Shown: piece after piece, positions 1 through 9,696 of the stretch
Layout of the letters: each line of letters starts with the position of its first letter
Position numbering within the stretch: the stretch's first letter is position 1
Sequence record: NC_042056.1
Length of the DNA stretch: 64,000 nucleotides
Strand: one strand, 5' to 3'
Notes under the pieces: generated by a model
What the model saw: the letters and a program-made list of their open reading frames with translations, nothing else
Databases searched by the model: none
Told to the model about the DNA's origin: nothing
Translations under genes and position numbers: made by a program

Positions 1-1
1 A

Positions 2-445
2 GCGAACTACACCTCGACCACCACCATTAACGCCCTGACAAACTCCCCGGCCTACGTCGGGTCAGCTAACGTGCGTTACAGTCGTGGTCTGCCGGTACTC
101 GACACCTCGATTACCAAAGAGGTGTTAGTGGCACTTCAGGAACCGGTTGACCCGGCGCTGAGTCAGAAGTGTATTGACATGCTGACTTATGGTATCGATT
201 TCACCGCGTACCGAAACCTGCTGACGGTCGACGCTTCTGGTCTGCCACAATGGGCGGGGCTGCGGAAGATTCTGGATGACCTCGGCGTGCCGAGTTATTC
301 CGGTCCGTTGAACAGCAACACCGTGCAGGACGTGGCAACGTCAACGGCCCAATTCGCCAACAAAATCTATGACCGTGTGGTTATCCAAACGGGTATCGAT
401 GAAGCGGGTGTGAAGGGTGTGGCGTACTATCACTACAACAGCTAA
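2..445 (+). CDS. 5'-truncated putative virion structural protein
   Basis: Frame is open from nt 2 (ANYTSTTTINALTNSPAYVGSANVRYSRG...) to TAA 443-445; the NSPAYVGS..V.Y motif resembles S.AF.GS..V.W in the downstream paralogs. Confidence 0.6.
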   Translation, partial: ANYTSTTTINALTNSPAYVGSANVRYSRGLPVLDTSITKEVLVALQEPVDPALSQKCIDMLTYGIDFTAYRNLLTVDASGLPQWAGLRKILDDLGVPSYSGPLNSNTVQDVATSTAQFANKIYDRVVIQTGIDEAGVKGVAYYHYNS

Positions 446-450
446 GTGTG

Positions 451-475
451 GGGGTCCTTCGGGACCCCTTCTTCT
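451..475 (+). terminator. Intrinsic terminator (cUUCGg loop)
   Basis: GGGGTCC-TTCG-GGACCCC followed by TTCTTCT right after the stop. Confidence 0.75.
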
Positions 476-492
476 GGCGATGCGGAGTCCCT

Positions 493-1866
493 ATGCTTTT
501 TTATTCTAAGGAGGCAGCGCTGCTCGTGTATGACCAAGTCAATCGGGATAATCCTGACTTGGTAGTAGAGTTGACGCCAGCTATCGCCGCCTTAACCAGT
601 GGCCCGACAGTAGTATCGTCAAACGGCCGCAACACGAAAGCTGTCTTTACCGGATTTCCGGGGTCGGGGTTGCAAGGTAACGTAACCCTCTTTTACGACC
701 GCATTAACCTGTCGACCTTATTTAACTTTGTACCGAAAGTCTACATGCCGGATACCGTGCGCAATTATCGTGACGCGTTACCGGTTATCAATGAAGCTTT
801 AGGGTTGTCGTTGACCGCGAACGACATTACCACACCCGATGCACTACTGACACAATCGTCAGCCGCACCCCAGTCAGGCAAAATCACAATCGTCGGTAAC
901 TGTCCGGCCTTTACCGGTGCCATCAGCTTTACGTATATGCTGGAAGGGGCAGGCTTTTATCCTGACTCAGGCCCTGGACCGAAAACCTTATTACAAGGTG
1001 ACAGCCTGCGTGGTTATTTCGGTGTGGTGGATTCCGCTGAACTCTTTACCCACAAGGCGATTATCGACGCCGTGTTCTTAAAAGGAACGAAGCCGGTGTT
1101 GAGTCCCGGTACCGAAGGGTGGCACAAGTTCTTCTATCAAGGACGGGTGCTGTACTTCCCGGTGAGCGCTATCGGCTACACTATTGCTTGGCAGACGTTG
1201 TACGGCGAAGGATTGGTCTATGGCGTAGATGGCCCTGGCCCCTATCCGTCGGGCACGCCGGTTGACCAAGGTCGCATTATTGCTGCCGACTCCGTCAGCG
1301 AAGGCCGCTTCTATTACCGCTGTCGTTTACCGTCGCTGGGCAAAGACCCGGTGTCGGCGACCAACCTGCTACCGGCAACGGAATACGCGGGCAGTGAACT
1401 AGAGATGTTCAATTATCTCTATAACGGAAAGTGGGCAGCATTGCGGGGCGCTGCATGGACGGTGTACATCATGACGCAGGCCAGTGTCGTGGGGACGTTA
1501 ACCAACCACAAGGTTATTACCGGTTCTCTTGCCGCTTCAACCAACATACCGAAAACCATGGCGAGCACGAGTTACACCTGGTTCCCGGTGCTGGAGTTGG
1601 TTGACAAAAACGGCACGACCTTAGGACTGGAAGAGATCAAGGGTAACGTTGATCATACGCTCTACCCGATTCTTTTCGATACCACTAACACGATGGAACT
1701 CCATCCGGTGGTGTTAGGTAATCCACGTACCGTTGAATTTGCCCCGGTGCTGTTCTCTGCGGATAACAGTATGGCGTTGCATCCGGTGACGTTAGGCTTA
1801 CCGAAGACCGTAGACTTCACCCCCATCACCTTTACGGCTGAGTTATATACCCCGCCGGAAAGTTAA
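493..1866 (+). CDS. Virion structural protein, module 1 long (L) subunit
   Basis: ATG 493 with GGAG SD (the track GTG 448 overlaps the terminator); N-terminal RNT..GSG..G...FYDR domain plus GPGP..GD..GYFG domain shared with paralogs. Confidence 0.7.
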   Translation: MLFYSKEAALLVYDQVNRDNPDLVVELTPAIAALTSGPTVVSSNGRNTKAVFTGFPGSGLQGNVTLFYDRINLSTLFNFVPKVYMPDTVRNYRDALPVINEALGLSLTANDITTPDALLTQSSAAPQSGKITIVGNCPAFTGAISFTYMLEGAGFYPDSGPGPKTLLQGDSLRGYFGVVDSAELFTHKAIIDAVFLKGTKPVLSPGTEGWHKFFYQGRVLYFPVSAIGYTIAWQTLYGEGLVYGVDGPGPYPSGTPVDQGRIIAADSVSEGRFYYRCRLPSLGKDPVSATNLLPATEYAGSELEMFNYLYNGKWAALRGAAWTVYIMTQASVVGTLTNHKVITGSLAASTNIPKTMASTSYTWFPVLELVDKNGTTLGLEEIKGNVDHTLYPILFDTTNTMELHPVVLGNPRTVEFAPVLFSADNSMALHPVTLGLPKTVDFTPITFTAELYTPPES

Positions 1867-1878
1867 GAGGTAGTTATC

Positions 1879-2874
1879 ATGTCATTTACATTGCGTTGGA
1901 AGAACCCAAACGTAATTGCCACGGTGGTGAACATCTACCGTGACGTCAAAGATATTTCTGTTAGTGCACTACCTGCTCCGATTGCGACGTTGTCGAACGG
2001 AGAAACCGAATGGCGTGATACCACCGCCGTGGGCGGGTCGACCTACTACTATTTGCTGACTGTGACTGCGAACGGTAAGACCGTGGCGACAGCGAGCCAG
2101 AAATACGTGGTGGAAGTCAAGCGCGGGATTGGTCCGATGACCATTCTGCAAGGCGATGACCGCCTCGGCTTTATGGGTAACGTGCCGTACGATGAGCAGT
2201 GGCAGCCTACTCAGATGCCTGCGAGCTTTCAGGCAATGTACCCGACGCTACTGACTGACCGTGTCGGTCTGAGTAAGTTTACCCGCAACGGTAAAATCCT
2301 GTACCTGCTCAATAACAGTGCCCAGTTCCTCGGACAACAGTCGTGGGCGACGTTGTATCAGGCGGGGTTGGTGTACGGGACGGATGACTTTGGGCCGGTT
2401 GGTGGCCACGGGACGTTACCCGATACCTTGCAGGATGCAAAGATTTATCACAATGGTGATGTGTATCGGATGCGTCTTGCGCGTGGACTTACCGAAGAAG
2501 GCCAGTCACCAGCGTTTGCGTTTGACAGCAGCCTGCATTTGAAAGACCACGATGCGGTCTCTGCGCTTACCGGATTTAACGAATACAACGACCTGTTGTA
2601 CAGCATGGTGGTGGATGTCCCGGTCAAACAGCGCTGGGCGAACTGGAACCAGCTTGGGTCGAATCTGTTAGGTGCGGGCAGTGTTGCCAGTAACTCGGTA
2701 CTGATTAACGGTGGGGTACTGTGTCAGGAACACGACACGGCAACAGACAAGATTCTGCAACGTGGGTTGTTCTTGGCCACGGCCATGACGGCTACGTCCG
2801 CGATACAGCGCATTAACTATACCACCGCAGCCCAGTTGGGACGTTACTTCCCTATCTTTGAGCTGGTTGAGTAA
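1879..2874 (+). CDS. Virion structural protein, module 1 B subunit (FN3-like N-terminus)
   Basis: W.NPN..IYR..WRDTT..YYY FN3-like pattern, then the shared G.GP..GD domain; GAGG SD. Confidence 0.7.
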   Translation: MSFTLRWKNPNVIATVVNIYRDVKDISVSALPAPIATLSNGETEWRDTTAVGGSTYYYLLTVTANGKTVATASQKYVVEVKRGIGPMTILQGDDRLGFMGNVPYDEQWQPTQMPASFQAMYPTLLTDRVGLSKFTRNGKILYLLNNSAQFLGQQSWATLYQAGLVYGTDDFGPVGGHGTLPDTLQDAKIYHNGDVYRMRLARGLTEEGQSPAFAFDSSLHLKDHDAVSALTGFNEYNDLLYSMVVDVPVKQRWANWNQLGSNLLGAGSVASNSVLINGGVLCQEHDTATDKILQRGLFLATAMTATSAIQRINYTTAAQLGRYFPIFELVE

Positions 2875-2883
2875 GGAACGGTC

Positions 2884-3813
2884 ATGACTATTCGTTTAAA
2901 CTGGCCGTCACAAGCGGCCAAAGGTCTCACCGCCATTGAGATTTACCGCAAGGTCGGTTGGAATGCCACGCTGGATGTTAACAATCCGGGCACACCACTC
3001 GCCACGCTTGCAGGGGACGCTACCCAGTTTGTCGATGATGTGGCAACCCTGACCAACAACACGACCTACCGTTATTGGGTGGCGGCAGTGAAAGGTACCG
3101 AACGACTGATTGGTAATCCGATTACCCAAGGCTTCTTCCTCGACACTGGACCGGGTCCACAGACGTTGAAGAAAGGGGACTGGGGTTGCGGGTATTTCGG
3201 CACCCTCACCAAAGAAGAGTTCTTCAACACCCCCGAGCTGAAAGTTCTGTTACCTGCTGGTCAAGCGGCACTGTTTGTTTACGACCCGCCGCTGTGGCAC
3301 AAGTTTATTTTCCGGGGCCGTATTCTGTTCTTCCCGAACTACACCCACAGTAGCACCGCCTCGTTCGCCACCGCGTATTTGCGTGGGATGGCGTACGGCA
3401 CGGATGATAACGGACTGTATGTCCCCACTGGGCAAACTGCCACTAAACAGGACTGTAAAGTCACCAAGGGCGGCCGTACTTACCGTATCCGTTTACCGTG
3501 GGCGTTGCCTTACGATACCACCAACGGTGCGTCAGGGGATTACAATAACGGTGAATGGCGCAGTACCATGGCACGTCTGTTCACGCGTGGCGCTAACGAC
3601 CAGGCACCTGTCGGGCTTGGCATGTGGGATTCCCTGGCCAACTGGGGTACCAGTAACAGCATGTCCGACCCAGGTGCTACCGCAATGGCACCGATGTACG
3701 GTAACGGTTATAACCTGTACTGTTACGGCTATAGCCCTGTCAATATCACTATTAACAGTAACCTCAGCTCACCGACCAGCATGCTTTTTGTGTTCGAGCT
3801 GATTTTACCGTAA
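2884..3813 (+). CDS. Virion structural protein, module 1 C subunit (FN3-like N-terminus)
   Basis: LNW..Q..IEIYR..PLATL..YRYWVAAVK; paralog of 6259 and 9697. Confidence 0.7.
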   Translation: MTIRLNWPSQAAKGLTAIEIYRKVGWNATLDVNNPGTPLATLAGDATQFVDDVATLTNNTTYRYWVAAVKGTERLIGNPITQGFFLDTGPGPQTLKKGDWGCGYFGTLTKEEFFNTPELKVLLPAGQAALFVYDPPLWHKFIFRGRILFFPNYTHSSTASFATAYLRGMAYGTDDNGLYVPTGQTATKQDCKVTKGGRTYRIRLPWALPYDTTNGASGDYNNGEWRSTMARLFTRGANDQAPVGLGMWDSLANWGTSNSMSDPGATAMAPMYGNGYNLYCYGYSPVNITINSNLSSPTSMLFVFELILP

Positions 3814-3826
3814 CGGAGTATCCATC

Positions 3827-5221
3827 ATGGGTCTGTATAGCAAACCCGCACTCGATTTATTGGGGGCGCTCATTAACCGGGACAATCCGGGAGTAAAGAC
3901 TCAGCTGTCGTCGTCCAACATCCTTGTGCTGGGTGGACCATTCACGACCAGTCTGGGCAACAGTGGCCGCAATACCCGTATCCAACTGAACGGGGTTGTG
4001 GGTTCTGGCGTCAACGGAAAGATGGAATTTTTCTACGATCGTCTGAACTTAGGGGATTTGTTCAAGAACATCACCATTGTCTTTAACGGTGATAACAAGT
4101 CGACGAAACTCAAAGATCTGCTACCGGCGTTGAATGCCCAGTATGGGTTAAACTTGACGGAAGCTGATTTAGTCACGCCTGACGCAGCTCTGGATTACGG
4201 ATATACCGCAACACCCGTCACTTTTACCATGGCAGCGACGAGTCTGGCGTACCGTGGGAGTTTGACGGCAACGTGGTCACGCAAACCGGCCGGGGTTTAT
4301 CCGAAGTCTGGGCCGGGTACAAAAACGCTGCTGATGGGGAGTCTGCAAGAAGGCTACTTTGGCGTGGTGTCGAAAGAAGAGATGATGACATCCGGGGAGT
4401 TCTACGCGAACTTCTTTGATGGCAAAACGGTGAGCGGGTCAGGGGTGTTGGTTAACAACACGCTGTTCTGGTTGAAGTTTGCGCTGGATGGAAAGTTTGT
4501 CTTTGTCCCGAGCCACAACATGATTTCGAACATCAGCTGGGATACCTTGAACGCGTTTGGTGCGGCGAATGCCGATGCTAAATACCCGATGTTCGTGCAA
4601 AAAGACGACGACCAGTTCTTTTTCCAACTGCGATTACCACGATTCTCCACCACGCTTGAGCTTCCGCCGGATCGTACTGACCCTACTTCGGATGCGAATC
4701 GTCTGTTCAACAAGGTGCATAAGCAGTCGTACGGTAACGGGGCGTGGGCCGCGTTGACCACCGTGGATATGGCAAACGCCTTTGTCTGGTGGAACAAGCG
4801 AAATGATACCACGGCACCGTTCCCCGTTTACGTCTCGGCGTTTAACCAAGTCTCGGTAAACAATGCCGCATCCGCCAGTCCACAAAACTGGCGACCAGTG
4901 TTGGAGTTGGTCGATGCGGCTGACTATTTGATGCCGATGCGTAACCTCCAGGCAAAATTGGAAGTACCGGTACGGAACTTTGGGTTTATTCTCACGAGTA
5001 TCATCGACTCGAGTACGTTGCAGGCGATGAAAAACATCTCGGCAACACTGGCACGCGGTGTACCGGCACCGGTGTTGTACCGCCCAACGGCGAACATCTT
5101 CAAAGCAGCGCAAGACTTCCGAGCGACGAATCCGGTACGGTCGTTTGCATTCCGGTTCACAGCGACGTATGACAGGCGGACTGATTTAGCCACCACCAAT
5201 GGCGAACTGAACGGCTTTTAA
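3827..5221 (+). CDS. Virion structural protein, module 2 L subunit
   Basis: Paralog of 493 and 7153 (GRNTR..GSG..GK..FFYDRLNL); ends NGELNGF. Confidence 0.7.
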   Translation: MGLYSKPALDLLGALINRDNPGVKTQLSSSNILVLGGPFTTSLGNSGRNTRIQLNGVVGSGVNGKMEFFYDRLNLGDLFKNITIVFNGDNKSTKLKDLLPALNAQYGLNLTEADLVTPDAALDYGYTATPVTFTMAATSLAYRGSLTATWSRKPAGVYPKSGPGTKTLLMGSLQEGYFGVVSKEEMMTSGEFYANFFDGKTVSGSGVLVNNTLFWLKFALDGKFVFVPSHNMISNISWDTLNAFGAANADAKYPMFVQKDDDQFFFQLRLPRFSTTLELPPDRTDPTSDANRLFNKVHKQSYGNGAWAALTTVDMANAFVWWNKRNDTTAPFPVYVSAFNQVSVNNAASASPQNWRPVLELVDAADYLMPMRNLQAKLEVPVRNFGFILTSIIDSSTLQAMKNISATLARGVPAPVLYRPTANIFKAAQDFRATNPVRSFAFRFTATYDRRTDLATTNGELNGF

Positions 5222-5232
5222 AGGATACGATT

Positions 5233-6249
5233 ATGTCATTAAAACTTTCGTGGGCGAACCCGAACACGGCAGCCACCGCGATCCGTATCTATCGTAAAGA
5301 TACGAACTTTGACTCCAGTTCCCTTCCCACGCCGCTGGCGGAGATTGGGCCATTGGAAACCAGTTACATCGACACCACGGCGGTCGAAGGCAACAGTTAC
5401 TACTACGCCATCGGTACCGTGAGTGCGGTGGACGAGGTCTTTACCGCGACGCAGAAAATCGTTGCCACAGATAACCGTGGCGCGGGCCCGAACATCTTAC
5501 TCGGTGGCGACACCATGCTTGGCTACTACGGTCAGATGTTAGTTGAAGACTTTGTCAACAACTCCACCATTCTGGCTGCGGCGGCAACGCTTGCGGGATT
5601 GCCAACGGCGTTGGTATCGCCGAACTGGCACAAGTTTATCCGTAACGGAAAAATCTTGTACTTACCGGACACCAACTTCGGTAATACTGATTACCGCTAT
5701 CTGTACCAAGCGGGTTTTGTCCACGGTATTGATGCGAACGGACCGGCAGGCTTCGCGACGACGGGCCTGACACCAACGAAACAGTTGCGCACTTTTGTGC
5801 TGAAAGGTCAGACGTATAAAATCCGACTGATGCGTGGTTGGAGCGATGGTCCAGAAACGGATATCTCGGCGTACAACGGCGCGGCGGCTAACCACGATAA
5901 CGTGGCGAATACCAAAGACAACGAATTCAACGACTTGGTTTACGCGTTGAATAAGTTCACGCCGTTGAAACAACGTACCCCTAACTTCATCAATCTGGAG
6001 TGGGATAAATTTGTCGGTGCGCCTACTACCAACTGGAGCAGCTCCGAGGCCCTGAGTGCCATGATTGCACAGTTCCGCATTGTGACTCAGGAGCGCTGGC
6101 CGGGCGGCAGTGTATTATCCCGTGGCCAACGTGAAGTGACTTGGGGTCAGTATGCCTCACCACATTCGCGTGCGCATGTGTCGAACATCAGTTCCTCCGG
6201 GGTCACGCAAACGCTGATCTGGTTGCCAGTTATCGAACTCGTGGATTAA
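5233..6249 (+). CDS. Virion structural protein, module 2 B subunit
   Basis: MSLKLSWANPN, paralog of 1879 and 8698. Confidence 0.7.
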   Translation: MSLKLSWANPNTAATAIRIYRKDTNFDSSSLPTPLAEIGPLETSYIDTTAVEGNSYYYAIGTVSAVDEVFTATQKIVATDNRGAGPNILLGGDTMLGYYGQMLVEDFVNNSTILAAAATLAGLPTALVSPNWHKFIRNGKILYLPDTNFGNTDYRYLYQAGFVHGIDANGPAGFATTGLTPTKQLRTFVLKGQTYKIRLMRGWSDGPETDISAYNGAAANHDNVANTKDNEFNDLVYALNKFTPLKQRTPNFINLEWDKFVGAPTTNWSSSEALSAMIAQFRIVTQERWPGGSVLSRGQREVTWGQYASPHSRAHVSNISSSGVTQTLIWLPVIELVD

Positions 6250-6258
6250 GAGGTTACA

Positions 6259-7143
6259 ATGGGTATTAAATTAGATTGGGTGGATCAGTCTGCTCAACAA
6301 CTCACCGCGATTGAGATTTATCGTAGCGCCACACCAATCTCTACGACTAACCCCGGTACACCGATTGTGACGTTGCCGGGTAACGCAACGAGTTATGAAG
6401 ACAACACCGTCAAAAACAAATCGCGTTATTACTACCGTATTGCCGCAGTGAAGGGTAGTGATAAAAGCTTCTCGCCGAATCAACTCACCGGCTACTTCGC
6501 GGAAACCGGACCCGGCCGTGCTACCCCGATGCGCGGGGACTGGAACGCGGGCTTTATGGATGTACTGCCGATGAACGATTTCGTCAGTATGTCATCGTTG
6601 TTTACTAAGCTCCCCGGTTTGGCGAAATACGGCGCGGTCGCAAACACTATCCCTAGCTGGTACAAGATGTGTTATCAAGGCAAAGTATTATTTGTGCCCA
6701 GCGCGGCGATCACCAATATGTCTTGGAACGAACTGTACGCGGAGAAAGCCATCTTTGGGGAAGAAAGTACCGCGACGTTACCTAACGGCACCTTAGCCAG
6801 CGGGAAGCTGACGGTGGAAATCGGCGGGTTGAACTATATCGTTCGCTGCCCGAAACTCTCGCCGGTGGCGTACAGCAACTACGTTACCCTGCAAGAGCAA
6901 ACGGTGGATAGCGAGTGGCGTGATACCGTCAGTCGTCTTGCGCAGCTGTCGCTTGAGCCACAGGCCGGGGCCAAAACCCGCTTGATGGACTTGACAGGCG
7001 CTCCGTTTATCGCGGTAGGTGGACATCTTCAAAACGCCACCCAACACACTGCGATGCTGACCGCGGCCCCAGGGGCCTTGTCGTACGGGGGTGTTAACAA
7101 CCGTTATGCTATTGGGTTGATTCTTGAACTCGTCATGCCGTAA
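6259..7143 (+). CDS. Virion structural protein, module 2 C subunit
   Basis: MGIKLDWVDQ, paralog of 2884 and 9697. Confidence 0.7.
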   Translation: MGIKLDWVDQSAQQLTAIEIYRSATPISTTNPGTPIVTLPGNATSYEDNTVKNKSRYYYRIAAVKGSDKSFSPNQLTGYFAETGPGRATPMRGDWNAGFMDVLPMNDFVSMSSLFTKLPGLAKYGAVANTIPSWYKMCYQGKVLFVPSAAITNMSWNELYAEKAIFGEESTATLPNGTLASGKLTVEIGGLNYIVRCPKLSPVAYSNYVTLQEQTVDSEWRDTVSRLAQLSLEPQAGAKTRLMDLTGAPFIAVGGHLQNATQHTAMLTAAPGALSYGGVNNRYAIGLILELVMP

Positions 7144-7152
7144 GGAGGGCAC

Positions 7153-8685
7153 ATGGGCTTATACGATCGTGATTCGCTGAGTTTACTGTGTCGGCTCATC
7201 ATGCGCGATAATCCCCAGCTTGCTGTAGCACTTGATCCGACCAAGGTGATGGTGCTCAGCGGACCCTTTACATCCGGTTTAGGTACCAGCGGGCGTAATG
7301 CCCGCATTACCCTGAACGGACGGACTGGTTCAGGGATTGTTGGGAAAAAAGAATTCTTCTACGACCGCATCAACCTCGGTGCCTTATTCAACGGCATTAC
7401 CGTGGTGTTTATGGCGGCAGGCAGTGCCAAAACGTACGCCGATTTGTTACCGGCTCTCAATGAGCAGTATGGCATCACGTTGCAGGCTTCAGACCTCGCC
7501 AACGGTACCACCAAGCTGCCGCAAGCCTACACCCCTACACAGGTGACACTCACCATTGCCAGCACCTCACCGGCCTTTACAGGTAGCCTGACGGTCACCT
7601 GGACCCGAACGCCGGTAGGCACCTTCCCGGACTCGGGACCGGGCAGCAAGGTGATGTTGATTGGGGATATGAATGAAGGGTACTTCGGTTTAGTGTCCGA
7701 AGAGGAGCTGTTCAATGCCCCTGCATTGCATGCGAAGATAAACGAAGGCAATGCCAGCCCTGTCGGTACGGTTAATGCCATCCCAGCCACCCGCCACTGG
7801 TATAAGTTTGCCCGCGACGGCAAGATTGTTTATCTGGCCAGTTACAACCACATTAACATTCTCTGGCGGGATTTGTATACGCGTGGGGCAGTGTACGAAA
7901 CCACCGTACCGCTCAACGATCATAAAGCCCCTGCCAGTTTGACACGCACGGTGCAGAAGTTAGCAATGCGGAAAGTGGAGAGCGGACGGGAATGGTATTT
8001 GTCGCCATGTATGCCACGTCTGTCCGACCAGACCTCTTGGGACTATAGCGCCATTAACCAAACGCCCGACCCAACGGGTGACGTTGCCCGGCTGTTTATG
8101 AAAGTGGCAAATGCGGGAGGCTACGCTACCGGGGAATGGGACGTTCAGTCCATCGACGCCAACGGTTACTGGCAGTCCACGGCTTCTAAGTCTGACCCAG
8201 CAAAAGCCTTCGGCAGCAGCATGGTCGGTTGGAACCAGGGGATGTACGACATGCTCACCTTCACCGGGGGCTGGCGGCCGATGCTGGAACTGATTGATCC
8301 GGCCGTTGTGGGTTTACCATTAGAAAACTTCGTCGGTACCCCAGAGGGGGTTCTGCGTAAACCGTTGGTCACCATTAGTCCAGACACCGGCGATGTCCTG
8401 TTGCTGCTGTCGGACGTCGCGTGGGAAATCCAGGGGGCGTTGAAAAAGCCACAGGTCTCAATGCTACCCTCTCCACTGCTGAATGTCAGAGAGATAACGG
8501 CGCGCGTAGCAGCAGAAACCGATCCGCTTGTGCTGGACTTTGTTACGGCACCTCTCCTGAGTGTACGGCAGACCAGCTGGCAAAACGTATTGCGTGCACC
8601 GCAAGCACAACTTGTTGCGGAATACAAAGCATCGACGGTTGTTAATCTCGCGACTGCGAACGGTGAACTCGACGGCTTTAAATAA
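7153..8685 (+). CDS. Virion structural protein, module 3 L subunit
   Basis: Paralog of 3827; ends NGELDGFK; AGGAGG SD. Confidence 0.7.
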   Translation: MGLYDRDSLSLLCRLIMRDNPQLAVALDPTKVMVLSGPFTSGLGTSGRNARITLNGRTGSGIVGKKEFFYDRINLGALFNGITVVFMAAGSAKTYADLLPALNEQYGITLQASDLANGTTKLPQAYTPTQVTLTIASTSPAFTGSLTVTWTRTPVGTFPDSGPGSKVMLIGDMNEGYFGLVSEEELFNAPALHAKINEGNASPVGTVNAIPATRHWYKFARDGKIVYLASYNHINILWRDLYTRGAVYETTVPLNDHKAPASLTRTVQKLAMRKVESGREWYLSPCMPRLSDQTSWDYSAINQTPDPTGDVARLFMKVANAGGYATGEWDVQSIDANGYWQSTASKSDPAKAFGSSMVGWNQGMYDMLTFTGGWRPMLELIDPAVVGLPLENFVGTPEGVLRKPLVTISPDTGDVLLLLSDVAWEIQGALKKPQVSMLPSPLLNVREITARVAAETDPLVLDFVTAPLLSVRQTSWQNVLRAPQAQLVAEYKASTVVNLATANGELDGFK

Positions 8686-8697
8686 GAGGATTTGTAA

Positions 8698-9693
8698 ATG
8701 GCCTTAAAACTAAAATGGAAGAACCCGAATGTCGGGGCGACCACCATTGACATTTATCGTGGCGATACGATTAACGTCAGTCTCACCACACCACTGGTGA
8801 CATTAACGAACGGCGAGCTGTCGTGGGTAGATACGACGGCATTGTTTGGAAAAACGTATTACTACGTCTGGGCCGTGAATACCGCAAACGACCGCGTAGT
8901 CAGTCGCCCACAGAAAATTGAGGTTAACGACCGTAAAGGCCCTGGACCCAACTTGCTGTTGCATGGTAACGAAGGCTACGGTTTCTTTGGGGTGGTTCCA
9001 GCCGCAGATTTTGTTAACAGCGGCGCTATCTTGGCCGTAGCGAAAAATCTCAGTGGTGTCCCACAAGCCACCGTGTATCCGACTTGGTATAAGTTCATTC
9101 GCAAAGGCAAGGTTCTGTTTGTACCAAACCAAAGCTTTGGCGATACCACTTGGCAAGCACTGTATAACGCGGGCTTTGTTTACGGGGTTAACAATACGGG
9201 ACCGGGCGGTGCGGGAACCGTTAACCAATTAACAACGTTTGAACTGAACGGCGACCTGTTCTTAGTCCGGGCAACAAAAGCGTTTCCTGAGGAAGTGCCG
9301 TGGACGGACGGACTGGGTTCGTACGATCTTGATACCATGCCTGTGATGGCAAATGTGTACGCCGAATACGAAGACCTGCTGTATCCGATGGCCGCACACT
9401 CCCCGCTGCGTAAACGGATGGTAACGGTTGGAGATGAAAATCTCAACAGCGTCCTACCGCCCCTGTATAACACCGTCTCTCGTACTGTGATTGGGGTCTG
9501 CTGCCAGGACTACAACAACAACTTAGTGCTCCAGCGCGGGGTTGGCTATAACTCATACGGCCAATCCTCACACAACCGCAACACGCTGCGTGCCTGCAAC
9601 CGTCGTACCAAGACCGATACCTGCGTCTGGTGGCCGGTGGTGGAATACATTGGGCGTGTAGGTGAAGTAGACTTGACAAAATTAGGAGTGTAA
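8698..9693 (+). CDS. Virion structural protein, module 3 B subunit
   Basis: MALKLKWKNPN, paralog of 1879 and 5233. Confidence 0.7.
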   Translation: MALKLKWKNPNVGATTIDIYRGDTINVSLTTPLVTLTNGELSWVDTTALFGKTYYYVWAVNTANDRVVSRPQKIEVNDRKGPGPNLLLHGNEGYGFFGVVPAADFVNSGAILAVAKNLSGVPQATVYPTWYKFIRKGKVLFVPNQSFGDTTWQALYNAGFVYGVNNTGPGGAGTVNQLTTFELNGDLFLVRATKAFPEEVPWTDGLGSYDLDTMPVMANVYAEYEDLLYPMAAHSPLRKRMVTVGDENLNSVLPPLYNTVSRTVIGVCCQDYNNNLVLQRGVGYNSYGQSSHNRNTLRACNRRTKTDTCVWWPVVEYIGRVGEVDLTKLGV

Positions 9694-9696
9694 GGG

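Noticed and set aside
448-492. Track start codons at 448, 42064 and 55203
   Set aside because: Each overlaps an intrinsic terminator hairpin; downstream ATGs with clear SD sites were used instead.
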